Assembly (NCBI GenBank): GCA_964586285.1
Contig: CAZPHU010000003.1
Location: 5,049-69,048 of the forward strand
Direction: 5' to 3'
Length of the DNA stretch: 64,000 bases
From: an uncultured Fibrobacterota bacterium
Lineage (GTDB): Bacteria; Fibrobacterota; Chitinivibrionia; Chitinivibrionales; CAYFVL01
The notes under the pieces were generated by a model. The model saw only the letters and a list, made by a program, of their open reading frames with translations. It searched no databases and was not told where the DNA came from. Made by a program: the position numbers and the translations under genes. Each line of letters starts with the position of its first letter. The first letter of the stretch is position 1. Below, one piece after another: positions 20,425 to 30,178 of this stretch.

Positions 20425-20697
20425 ATGATCGATTCGCACGACTCAGACGCACGTTACTGTCCTATTCTCGGACACGAACTTACGTTTTCCTACTGCCGCA
20501 AACCCGGATCAGATATCCCCTGTAAAAGAATTTTCGATTGCTGGTGGGAGCACTTCGATATTACAGAATACATGAAATCGCATTACAGCAAGGAAGTGCT
20601 CGATAAGGTCACCGCTCCACGGGAACCCAAGCAGCTTTCACTGGCCCAAATTATCAAAGAAGCCCAAAGCAGAGTCTCGGGTGATAAACAATCTTAA
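20425..20697 (+). CDS. Small Cys-containing hypothetical protein
   Basis: 90-aa ORF with four Cys (CPILGH...YCRKPG...PCKRIFDCWWEH). I recognised no family. Confidence 0.45.
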   Translation: MIDSHDSDARYCPILGHELTFSYCRKPGSDIPCKRIFDCWWEHFDITEYMKSHYSKEVLDKVTAPREPKQLSLAQIIKEAQSRVSGDKQS

Positions 20698-20803
20698 GAA
20701 CTCTGGGCAAGATAGTTTTAGTCATAAGAAGTTTACTTCCGGCGGATAACGGATGTAAGATCCCACTATACTTATTGAGCCCAATCTTAGACCTGAGTCG
20801 ACT

Positions 20804-22963
20804 CTATGTGTTGGTGACACTCGCGATAACATGCATGAATTTAGCCACGTTAAACGGCTTGGGAAGAACATCCACAAAGCCGTAGTCACGATAATTGGTC
20901 ATCACCGGATCGTTCAAATAGCCGCTGGATGCGATGACTTTGGCTTCGGGATCGATTGACAACAACTCCCCGACAGTTTGTTTGCCGCCCATGCCGCCTG
21001 GAATTGTTATATCCATCAATACAAGATTAAACTTTTTCTTCCGTTTCATTGAAAGACAATACAGGTGAAGAGCATCGGCTCCATTCGTTACCGTTTCGAC
21101 GTAATAGCCTGCATTTTTCAGTATTCTGTCCACAACCGCCCGAATAACTTCATCATCATCCATGACCAGAATACGCTTCGTTCCGGTGCACTTCGGGACA
21201 GTTTCCGGGAACTGTCCATCCTCCTCCCTGACCGCCGGAAGGTAGAACATAAAGGTTGTGCCCTGTCCAAGCCGAGATTTTGCCGTTATAAATCCGTTAT
21301 GTTTTCTAATGATAGAGTAGACGGTCGACAGACCCAAACCGTTTCTTTTGCTCGATGTTGTAAAATAAGGGTCGAATATCTTTGACAAGTTGTCCCTTGA
21401 TATACCCTTACCGGTGTCACTTATGGAAATTTTCAGATATTTGCCCGGCAAGAGAGGAATGATCGCTTCGGTCGCATCGCTTATCTCATCGTGTATTTCC
21501 ATATTTTGAGCAAAGACGGTGATGGTTCCACCATTTGGCATCGACTGCTTAGCATTTATCAACAGATTATTGAGCACCTGATCGATTTGTCCCCTGTCAA
21601 TTTCAACCCCCCATAGATTTTCATCCACCTTAAGGTCGCATTCTATGCTGGAGCCGCTGAGGCAAAAACCGACCGAATCTTCGATCAGCTCGCGAATGGA
21701 TGCATTCTCTTTTACAGGCGCCCCCCCTTTGGCGAAGGTCAACAGCCGATTGGTCAGTTTACTTGCCTTAAATGCCGCTTTCTCCGCATCGGTAATCATT
21801 GTATGAGGCTCCGAATCGGTTTTTAATCCGGTTTTGACCATGAACAGATTTGTAATAATACCTGTGAGGATATTGTTAAAATCGTGAGCTATTCCGCCGG
21901 CAAGTACCCCTATGGCCTCCAGCTTACGTGCCCTGAACAGCTCCTCTTCCATACGACGCCTCTCGGTGATGTCCTGAAGCGCCAGAACCGTCCCGATAAT
22001 CTCATGGGTTGATGCTCGCATTGGGGTTGCGGTATAGATAATCGTGCGCCTGTTGCGACCACTTCCTGTGGAGATTTCACCATCAATGCCCTTTCCTTCG
22101 GAAACAACACTTTTGGCGCTTTGCGCAATCTCGGCGAATGTATCGATTGAATGGAACTTTTCCTGTAGGTTTTTTCCGATAATCTCCTTTGCACCTATAC
22201 CAAGTAGTTTTTCGGCGACACCATTTATCAGAAGAATACGCCCCTCAGTATCGGTCGAAATGATGCCGTCCCCGGTCGAACGAAGAGTAACATCAAGCAG
22301 CTCCTTTTCCTTGGCCAGATCCATCTCGGCCTTTTTGCGCTTGGTCACCTCGCGGATTATGGCAGTATAGTAGGTCGCATCCCTGCTCTGCCATGACGAA
22401 AGTGAGATCTCAGCGGGAAAATTCGAGCTGTCCTTGCGCTTACCCAGAGCCTCGATCATATGTGCCCTGTCAACATTTTCGGCCTCACGGGCTATTACCT
22501 GTTGAACGTTTTCAAGCAGGTGGTTGAAAGTATCATCGGGTACAAGCATGGAGATATGCTTACCGATTATCTCGTGAGACTCGTAACCAAACATTATTTC
22601 TGCACCGCGATTCCAGAAAAGAATATTGCCCGAGCAATCCGCCGAAAGGATCGCCTCATGAGCCGTCTGGGCCAATGCCCTAAACTTTTGCTCACTTTCC
22701 TTAAGAGCCTCCTCCGCAAAGCGCACGTCGGCGATGTCTTCCTTTAAACGAATGTTTTGCTGCTGAAGCTCACCAATACGTTCTGTCAAACAGTCGAATA
22801 TTGACTGAAAGGACTCCATAACCGGGACCAGTAAGGCATCAACAACAGCTTTAGGCTCGGAACCTTCAGAAACGCCATTCCTGTCAATATACGAAACGAT
22901 TTCATCTCTTGCCCGATAGAAATGTTTACGAAACTGATCTTTTTGCAACGAATCAAGACTCAT
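20804..22963 (-). CDS. Cytoplasmic PAS/PAS hybrid sensor histidine kinase with C-terminal REC
   Basis: Coiled coil, two PAS domains, HisKA (GGIAHDFNNILTGI), HATPase_c (DTGKGI...GLGLSTV) and REC (ILVMDDDE...LMDITIPGGMGG). Confidence 0.88.
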   Translation of the reverse strand: MSLDSLQKDQFRKHFYRARDEIVSYIDRNGVSEGSEPKAVVDALLVPVMESFQSIFDCLTERIGELQQQNIRLKEDIADVRFAEEALKESEQKFRALAQTAHEAILSADCSGNILFWNRGAEIMFGYESHEIIGKHISMLVPDDTFNHLLENVQQVIAREAENVDRAHMIEALGKRKDSSNFPAEISLSSWQSRDATYYTAIIREVTKRKKAEMDLAKEKELLDVTLRSTGDGIISTDTEGRILLINGVAEKLLGIGAKEIIGKNLQEKFHSIDTFAEIAQSAKSVVSEGKGIDGEISTGSGRNRRTIIYTATPMRASTHEIIGTVLALQDITERRRMEEELFRARKLEAIGVLAGGIAHDFNNILTGIITNLFMVKTGLKTDSEPHTMITDAEKAAFKASKLTNRLLTFAKGGAPVKENASIRELIEDSVGFCLSGSSIECDLKVDENLWGVEIDRGQIDQVLNNLLINAKQSMPNGGTITVFAQNMEIHDEISDATEAIIPLLPGKYLKISISDTGKGISRDNLSKIFDPYFTTSSKRNGLGLSTVYSIIRKHNGFITAKSRLGQGTTFMFYLPAVREEDGQFPETVPKCTGTKRILVMDDDEVIRAVVDRILKNAGYYVETVTNGADALHLYCLSMKRKKKFNLVLMDITIPGGMGGKQTVGELLSIDPEAKVIASSGYLNDPVMTNYRDYGFVDVLPKPFNVAKFMHVIASVTNT

Positions 22964-23599
22964 TTTTTCCTGCTTGCCGGGTAAAAAAAAAGCTGCCGCC
23001 GGTGATTCAGATACAATTTATTATAACCACAAAAAGCAGATATCGCAATTAAATCCAAATTTTACGCGGGGGAATATCTGTCGCTCCACCATCTGGGGTG
23101 CCTGCTTTAGATATCTTTTCACATTTTTTTGAAAATTCGATAACAAAATACATTCAATTTTATCAGAAATATGGTATTATTTAAATTATGCGCTTTAGTT
23201 TTCTCCATCTTTTCCCATAAACCTTCTTAAGCAGCTCTCTTTCGATATCATGCCCCGGAAAATCATGCACTGAATCCAAAAACGGCCTTCATCTACTGCT
23301 TGTAACACAATCAAATCACATTCGAAACCCTCTCAAGTACATATGTACCTTTAATCTGTTTGCCATTCCGTATTTTTGAATGTGGAACTAAGTATTTGAC
23401 TTAAACCTATAATGAGCGATTCTCTCAGGTGATTCGCATATCGGTTAAAATTCAAGGATATCAGCAATACTGGAAATACCTCACTGGGCTTTTCAATCGA
23501 TGTTTCGATTCCCCTGTCCTTGAATCATTGAGCTGATCGTCCGCTCAATCCAGGTTAAATCTACTTGCTTCTAAAACCTGAATTTTCCGAGGAGATAGA

Positions 23600-24367
23600 T
23601 TGAGTAAAGTGGTTAACAGTTTGTATCTTGGGCTTATAATTGTTATTTTCCCGATGATCGGTCTCCACTGCTCAGCCGGTGACGTGGAGTATCGTTTTGG
23701 AGAGCTTAAAGTATACAGCTTTCAGGCGGGCATGTGTCGGGCTTATCTTATAAAAGACATGTCAAGAGGGTATCTTATTGATGCGGGTTCACCCGGACAA
23801 TGTGAAAACATCCTCAGGCACATGAAAGCATACGGGATCGATTCACTGGCGCTAATTATTCTAACCCACGGTCATTTCGATCATTACGGCAGTGCGGCGG
23901 ATCTCCGTGACAGCACCGGCGCACCGATTGCGATCCATGAGGCGGACTCAGTCTGGGCTGCCCGGGCACAGACACCTTTACCTAAAATCAAAACATGGGG
24001 CATACTGGGAAAAATGTTACTCCCTCTGGCCCAGAGAGTTTATCGACCAAAACCCACCAAGGCAGATGTGATATTAACGGACAAACAGAGCCTGAAACCA
24101 TACGGGCTGCATGCAACTATAATGCATACTCCCGGGCATACACCCGGCTCGATTACCATAATGGTTCAGGACAGTATTGCCTTTGCCGGTGATCTAATTT
24201 CGGCCAGGCCCACGAATCATGTCCAGCGCTACTATGCATTCGACTGGGATCAGGTTAGAGAGAGTTTCCACCGTTTGCAGAATATGAAGCCTGCATGGAC
24301 ATTTCCCGGACACGGAACTCCTCCTTTGTCGGCACGGGATATCCAGGAACTCAAACCCAGGTACTAA
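23600..24367 (+). CDS. Secreted MBL-fold metallo-hydrolase
   Basis: Signal peptide and the motif LTHGHFDHYGS with later HTPGHTPGS. TTG start with the RBS GGAG upstream. Confidence 0.8.
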   Translation: MSKVVNSLYLGLIIVIFPMIGLHCSAGDVEYRFGELKVYSFQAGMCRAYLIKDMSRGYLIDAGSPGQCENILRHMKAYGIDSLALIILTHGHFDHYGSAADLRDSTGAPIAIHEADSVWAARAQTPLPKIKTWGILGKMLLPLAQRVYRPKPTKADVILTDKQSLKPYGLHATIMHTPGHTPGSITIMVQDSIAFAGDLISARPTNHVQRYYAFDWDQVRESFHRLQNMKPAWTFPGHGTPPLSARDIQELKPRY

Positions 24368-24377
24368 GGAAAGTTGA

Positions 24378-24602
24378 ATGAATGAAAACAAACCGGTTTC
24401 TCTGAAACTATTTGAAAAGCCTTTCATCTGCCATGTATGTAAAAACGATCATTTTATACAAAAATCGTCACAAATTACTTTTCAGGGCGGTTCCTTTCTG
24501 GGTAGATCGCAGGAGAATTTGACGGTGCTGATCTGTAATCAATGCGGCTATGTTCATTCTTTTGCACCAAGATTCGGTTCTTTTGACAGGAAAACAAAAT
24601 AA
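24378..24602 (+). CDS. Small zinc-ribbon protein
   Basis: 74-aa ORF with CHVC...CNQC pairs. It starts 10 nt after the MBL gene. Confidence 0.45.
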   Translation: MNENKPVSLKLFEKPFICHVCKNDHFIQKSSQITFQGGSFLGRSQENLTVLICNQCGYVHSFAPRFGSFDRKTK

Positions 24603-24725
24603 TGGTCGGCAAGATCAAACCGGTTGACTTGTAGGTTTTCTTCCTGTACGATTTGACGGCACCGGTATCCGGCTTTCCGACCACATGTCCTTATTTCCAA
24701 TATTTCAAGGGGTTATAATTTTCGT

Positions 24726-25778
24726 ATGAGCTTAAAACTGATCTCTATAGTAGTAATCGTGATCGGCAGTCTGCTTCAAACGACTGCCGCTTCAGTCGGT
24801 CCTGTCGAAAAACACGGACATCTCAGGGTAGAGGGTAACCGAATAGTAGACCAGCACGGGAATCCCGCTCAGCTTCGCGGCATGAGTCTTTTCTGGAGTC
24901 AGTGGATGGACAGGTATTACAACAAGCGTGTGGTCAACTGGCTTGTTGATGATTGGAAAGTTACAGTCGTGCGTGCCGCCATGGGCGTAAAGCATGAGGA
25001 ATCCGAAACGGGGTATCTTTATGACGGCTCGGAGAGATACAAGGTGGAAACCGTGGTCAATGCGGCGATTAAAAAAGGGATCTATGTAATAATCGATTGG
25101 CATGACCATCATGCCCACGAAAACACTCGCAGGGCTCGCAGGTTTTTCGAAGAGATGGCCCGCAAATACGGCGATCACCCTAACGTTATCTATGAGATCT
25201 ACAACGAACCAATACATGTGGGCTGGTCGGATGTGGTAAAACCCTATGCAGAAGAGATAGTAGAGGCTATACGGGCGATCGATCCGGACAATCTGATAAT
25301 TATCGGAACTCCGACATGGTCTCAGGATGTAGATGAAGCGGCTAAGGATCCGGTGAAAGGAGATAATCTGGTATATTCGCTTCATTATTATGCGGCAACT
25401 CATGGCGGGGATCTCCGGGAAAAAGCCAGATTTGCGCTGGATAAGGGCATAGCGCTGTTTGTTTCTGAATTTGGTACCTGCCTGGCCTCGGGAGACGGTT
25501 TTATGGACTCGGTAAGCACGGAGGCCTGGTTTAATTTTCTTGATGAGCACAAGATAAGCTGGTGTAACTGGTCAATCGCCGATAAGGATGAAACCGCTTC
25601 GGCTCTCAAGCCGGGTACTAGCTGGTATGGTAAGTGGCGCCACAAAGATTTGACCCCATCGGGAAGATTGATCAGAAGAAAATTGCGCCTGGATGCGGGA
25701 TTTGAGGATGATACTCCGCCCCCCGAGAAGAAAAAAAGGAAGAAAGAGCCCTGGTTGAAGATAAAACCTTTGAGGTAA
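24726..25778 (+). CDS. Glycoside hydrolase family 5 endoglucanase
   Basis: Signal peptide, GH5 acid/base IYEIYNEP and nucleophile LFVSEFG, also WSIADK. Basic C-terminal tail EKKKRKKEP. Confidence 0.85.
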   Translation: MSLKLISIVVIVIGSLLQTTAASVGPVEKHGHLRVEGNRIVDQHGNPAQLRGMSLFWSQWMDRYYNKRVVNWLVDDWKVTVVRAAMGVKHEESETGYLYDGSERYKVETVVNAAIKKGIYVIIDWHDHHAHENTRRARRFFEEMARKYGDHPNVIYEIYNEPIHVGWSDVVKPYAEEIVEAIRAIDPDNLIIIGTPTWSQDVDEAAKDPVKGDNLVYSLHYYAATHGGDLREKARFALDKGIALFVSEFGTCLASGDGFMDSVSTEAWFNFLDEHKISWCNWSIADKDETASALKPGTSWYGKWRHKDLTPSGRLIRRKLRLDAGFEDDTPPPEKKKRKKEPWLKIKPLR

Positions 25779-25796
25779 ATCGCACATATCCGGCTG

Positions 25797-27440
25797 TCAT
25801 TTCAACTGCTTATACGCATTCAAAATTTGTTTCATTACCCATTTGAATTCTGACGATCCGCTTCTTCGCTCATCCAAGAGCTTGTAGAGGATGCCGAGAT
25901 CGGCCCTGATCATAAAGGCTTTTAACCTGCGTTTGAGGTGTTGGTCATCAACTATCGAGAGCCCCTCAGCCCATCGGCGGACCAACTTGGTCATTTCCAT
26001 TTCGGAGAAGACCTCGGGTGTCTTCCGGAATTCGTATCTGAGATGAGCCGACAGCTTGGCGATATCGTAAGCTGGATCCCAGAGCATCGTATGCTCACAA
26101 TCGAGCACCGCGACATAGGATGGTTTGTGATCAAACACAGTTTCGTACCCGTATATGACGGAAGCGGGGGTGATATTTCCATGTATCTGTATATAGTTCG
26201 ATTCGTTTCCGCCTAACTCTGCCGTCTCATATTCTTCCATGAAAAGCAATGTATCTCTGAATCCGGCACGATAACGGTAAGGAACACTATCATAAAACCC
26301 CTTCAGCATTCGTAGAAATGAACGCTCGCGGGCAAGAGTATTCTCGTAAGACGATAATTTTAGTTCCGAGCCATGAAGATGGATCAGCCAGTCTGTCACC
26401 CCGTTTAACAACAGGCTTTTTACAGGTCCGGGCACACTTGGCAAGAGTCGGCCAAGGTTTTGTCCTTTCAGATTCCGCTCGAGAATTGCTTTTTCCATAT
26501 CATCCCTGCCGATTATTTTCGGTATGCGAAAGTAGCCCTTGTCGAATCGGCCTTTTCTGATGTACTCTACCAAATCGGCTCTCTCGAGGGCATCTTTCCA
26601 GGCTTCCTCGTCCACCGCAATCTGCTTTACGGTAAAGTTGGTGCTTTTGTTTTCGGTTCGTGTACCCAAATGCACTCTTATCCCGATACTCTTCCCTACC
26701 CACTCTCGCCTTTGGGTAAGCAGAGGACGTGCACATGCGCCGCGAAGCTGTCTGATAAGGGAGTCCATGTCGCCAACCGGATGATCGAAGATTGTTGGGA
26801 AAGTGGCTACCCGTTTCTTATTATGCACATCGCTTCCTCCAATAGCCTTGAACCGGTACCGATGCCAGGCGCTGAGAGCACGATAATTTTCGATCACACT
26901 CTGATTGCCGTTCAAAACTTCTATACCGTCCAGCAGCGGATGTTCAAGATCATTTGGTGAGGGAATTTTCCCGTCACGCCAGGGATGAGCCCAGATAAGG
27001 CAAGCATCAGGAAATGCACCTCGAAGGTGTTCCAATGAGATTTTTTTGGCAATAGTTCGATCGGCACCATACACAAGCACATGCCCCAGTTCTGTCTCTA
27101 CTTCCTGGGCCGCCATAAGCACAAACCAATCGGGTATGCAGGCCTTTTCGCGCAGATTCTCCAGATCTTTTTGGGGCCAAAGATAATGGTGCTCAGTGAG
27201 GACTATACCGTCCAGTCCACTTTTGAGCGCACGACGAAGAAGTGTTCCCGGTAAGATCCGGCTGCACCGGCTTTTCGGATAGGTGTGGCAATGCATATCA
27301 ATAAGCATAACGTTTTTATCTTGGTTTAGGAAAAATGGACGGTTAATATCATTTTCTTTAAAAATATATAGTCGCTCCATTGCATGAACCGTACCACCGA
27401 TGAAGAAATGGAGCACAAGAACCGCAAGTAAAGGAAACAA
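25797..27440 (-). CDS. PHP-domain metallohydrolase fused to an aminoglycoside-phosphotransferase-like (protein-kinase-fold) domain
   Basis: N-terminal part: DMHCHTYPKS, LTEHH and GGSDVH, which are PHP motifs. C-terminal part: HGNITPASVIY and LDCEHTMLWDPAYDIAKL, resembling the HGDxxxxN and DxE...DPxxDLA motifs of APH/choline-kinase folds with Asp replaced by Asn. Confidence 0.7.
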   Translation of the reverse strand: MFPLLAVLVLHFFIGGTVHAMERLYIFKENDINRPFFLNQDKNVMLIDMHCHTYPKSRCSRILPGTLLRRALKSGLDGIVLTEHHYLWPQKDLENLREKACIPDWFVLMAAQEVETELGHVLVYGADRTIAKKISLEHLRGAFPDACLIWAHPWRDGKIPSPNDLEHPLLDGIEVLNGNQSVIENYRALSAWHRYRFKAIGGSDVHNKKRVATFPTIFDHPVGDMDSLIRQLRGACARPLLTQRREWVGKSIGIRVHLGTRTENKSTNFTVKQIAVDEEAWKDALERADLVEYIRKGRFDKGYFRIPKIIGRDDMEKAILERNLKGQNLGRLLPSVPGPVKSLLLNGVTDWLIHLHGSELKLSSYENTLARERSFLRMLKGFYDSVPYRYRAGFRDTLLFMEEYETAELGGNESNYIQIHGNITPASVIYGYETVFDHKPSYVAVLDCEHTMLWDPAYDIAKLSAHLRYEFRKTPEVFSEMEMTKLVRRWAEGLSIVDDQHLKRRLKAFMIRADLGILYKLLDERRSGSSEFKWVMKQILNAYKQLK

Positions 27441-27579
27441 TCCTCGTCCACATGCCCTGAAAAATGAATGTATGTTAATTTATTTGCGTTCTTTTATATT
27501 ATAGGGGCAAGTGTCTGGAAGAGCACCTGTCGTGCTTTTTGTAGATTTTCATCCGAGTACTTATTGCCGATATACCTAC

Positions 27580-30030
27580 ATGCGTTCAACAGCCCTTAAT
27601 TTTTTCATAACATTCCTGCTCTCTTACGGTTATGCCCAAATCCCCGAAAGCATGGAAATTCTGGTAGTCGACTCGGTTACAGACATTTCCATAGCGGAGG
27701 CATGGGTGTTTTTAGACGAGAAAGATAGTTGCCGGACTGGGGGAAACGGCACCTGTATTTTTGATTCACTCTCTCCCGGCACGCATCTGGTAACCATCAA
27801 GGCATTGGGCTTCCAAGCCGTAACCAGATCAATTGAAATTCAAAGCAGAGAAGAAAATAATTATGTCATAAGGCTTAACAGAGAGGCCGTCCAGCAGCTG
27901 GATAAGATGGTAGTTATAGGATATGAGACATCCGACTCCACCGCCTCTCCGATCAATTCCTTCACCCGACTGGACTCCTTTGAACTTACCAACACTCCGG
28001 GGACCGCCAACGACATAAACCGCGTTTTGGCATCACACCCTGCGGTTGTCGGCGCAACCGGTAACGAGTTTGACAACGCGATTTATGTCCGAGGGGGTGC
28101 TTCATTTGAAAACATGTACCTAATCGACGGTATCGAGATGGAGGATGCGAACCATTTCTCTCTACTGGATTTCTCCGGCGGCAAAATAGGATTCATTAAC
28201 AGTTCACTGGTAAAGCACCTGGATTTCTATTTCGGCGCTTTTCCCTCCGCACACCCCTCCAGACTATCTTCGGTCATGGAAATCAATCTCCGCAACGGCT
28301 CGATGACAAAGCCCGGTTTAAGTGCGGATCTGAATGTATCTGGCATAGGAATAACCGCTGAAACACCTATGGGCAAAAAGGCGTCTGTGCTTGCCAACCT
28401 TCGATTCACCGATGCCACCCTGCTGGAGGATTTTCTGACGGAGTTTGGCGTTCCAAGATACGGCGACGCGATCTTGAAAACAGTTGTGGCACCGGATGAA
28501 AACAATCTTTTCAGATTTACCGCTGTTGGTGCCTATGACAACTATAAAGACTATTATGATCCGGAAAATTACCGGGGCTCGGGTCATATATATAAATTGT
28601 GGATCCATCAGGCAGGTGCGATAGCAGCCTGGGAATACGACAACGGGGCTTTCGAAAATGAGATTAGTATTTCAGGTGTATTTAGAGATCTGCAAGAAGG
28701 AGAGTTTCTTGACAATTATCAGGATACGATTGTAATAAATTCCGATTTTCGCAACATTTCACTAAATCACAGAATTAAATCGGGCCTCGGTTATGCGGTA
28801 ATGGAGTTTGATACTATATACGAATACAAGCGATTTATCGCGAGTGATACTGTTTCCACAAATGGTGACAAGCGAGCACATATTCTATTGAAAAACGATT
28901 TCGCACTATCACTTCGCCAAGATGATCAGTTCAAATTTGGATTCTCGGCGGGAAACTTCCGATATACCAGTGAAATTATAAGGAAATTCACTTCAAGCAG
29001 CTCATATTTCGTGCATTCCGGGGATTCTTTGATTGCCGTTCCCCACTTGTCGGAAACAAGTTTACCCTTGGATATCGATTCCACGATTGATTTGCGGCGA
29101 TTTTCGGGATATGCGGAGTATGTTTTACAAAAAGGTAAACTGAAAGCCGTCGCGGGCATACGTGGTGAATATTTTACCTTGATAGACGATTACGGATTCT
29201 CACCCCGTCTGGGTTTACAACTAAACATTCCCCGCATCGGTACGTTCTCTCAAAGCTGCGGTCTTTATTATCAATTGCCGCCGCAGTTTAATACACTTAT
29301 TGAACGGTTAATTTTCTCCAACCGCCATACATTGAGTGATATTGATCTCCAAAGGTGTTGGCAAACCGTATTCGGCTATCATAGAGCCCTTCCGGCCGGT
29401 CACGCTTTAAAACTGGAAAGCTATTTCAAATGGTATGATCGTGATTTCCTTTTTTCTTATCCTATAGAAAAACACTTCAGAACGGTTTTGGAGGAAAGCC
29501 GGCACCAGGCCCACTACCCGAAGGGAAAGAAAAGAGCTTACGGTATTGAATTATCCTTCCAGAGATCCTCTTACAGGCATCTGTACTACTCACTTTGCGG
29601 ATCTGTTTTTCATGTTGAAAACGAGTATACAGACGATAAATGGTACAACGACAAAAACAACGTACGCGCAACGGTGGGCTTTGACGCTGGATGGGCCGGG
29701 AATCATCATGGTATCGCTTTGCGACTAAGCGCAACGGGTGGCCGCCCTTACACGCCAACAGAAAAAAGAGTGTATTCCCATTCCCCTAAGATTTTCGAAG
29801 TTCCTTCTCAAAATTACTACAGCCGATTCTTGGAACCTGTATTAATTGTCAATCTCAGATACTCTTTCAAGGCAACTCCTCGATGGGGCAGTATCGGAGG
29901 ATACATTGACATACTCAATCTCTTTAACCATGTATCGGTTGTAGAATCATTTTTAGACCCATATTGGGATTGGGTTGAAATAAAAAACAATGGTATCGTA
30001 CCGGTTATCGGCATTGAGGCCGCTTTTTAA
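27580..30030 (+). CDS. TonB-dependent-receptor-like outer membrane protein with an N-terminal carboxypeptidase-regulatory-like domain
   Basis: Signal peptide (ATG at 27580), an Ig-like N-terminal domain and a plug-like region (NDINRVLASHPAVVG...NAIYVRGGASFENMYLIDGIEM). A long beta-rich region ends in IGIEAAF. Confidence 0.7.
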   Translation: MRSTALNFFITFLLSYGYAQIPESMEILVVDSVTDISIAEAWVFLDEKDSCRTGGNGTCIFDSLSPGTHLVTIKALGFQAVTRSIEIQSREENNYVIRLNREAVQQLDKMVVIGYETSDSTASPINSFTRLDSFELTNTPGTANDINRVLASHPAVVGATGNEFDNAIYVRGGASFENMYLIDGIEMEDANHFSLLDFSGGKIGFINSSLVKHLDFYFGAFPSAHPSRLSSVMEINLRNGSMTKPGLSADLNVSGIGITAETPMGKKASVLANLRFTDATLLEDFLTEFGVPRYGDAILKTVVAPDENNLFRFTAVGAYDNYKDYYDPENYRGSGHIYKLWIHQAGAIAAWEYDNGAFENEISISGVFRDLQEGEFLDNYQDTIVINSDFRNISLNHRIKSGLGYAVMEFDTIYEYKRFIASDTVSTNGDKRAHILLKNDFALSLRQDDQFKFGFSAGNFRYTSEIIRKFTSSSSYFVHSGDSLIAVPHLSETSLPLDIDSTIDLRRFSGYAEYVLQKGKLKAVAGIRGEYFTLIDDYGFSPRLGLQLNIPRIGTFSQSCGLYYQLPPQFNTLIERLIFSNRHTLSDIDLQRCWQTVFGYHRALPAGHALKLESYFKWYDRDFLFSYPIEKHFRTVLEESRHQAHYPKGKKRAYGIELSFQRSSYRHLYYSLCGSVFHVENEYTDDKWYNDKNNVRATVGFDAGWAGNHHGIALRLSATGGRPYTPTEKRVYSHSPKIFEVPSQNYYSRFLEPVLIVNLRYSFKATPRWGSIGGYIDILNLFNHVSVVESFLDPYWDWVEIKNNGIVPVIGIEAAF

Positions 30031-30178
30031 AGACTTTTCGCCAAGCCGTCTTACCCCGCCTCTCCGCTGATCCGGATCACGATTGACCCCGGAACCTGCA
30101 AACTTATCCCTTCTAGGCCGCAAAATCTTGTATTTTTGTTTGAAAGAAGATTTTCACAGCGGTTCAGGAGTTAGCAGC

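Noticed and set aside
23085-23091. TCCACCA, resembling a tmRNA/tRNA 3' end, in the long intergenic region.
   Set aside because: There is no T-arm (GGTTCGAATCC-like) or acceptor-stem complementarity around it, so this is a chance heptamer.
30031-30178. Possible SAM or other riboswitch in the metY leader.
   Set aside because: I could not find SAM-I/II/III core sequences or a convincing terminator/antiterminator pair, only a 10-bp palindrome GATCCGGATC. An Infernal scan would be needed.
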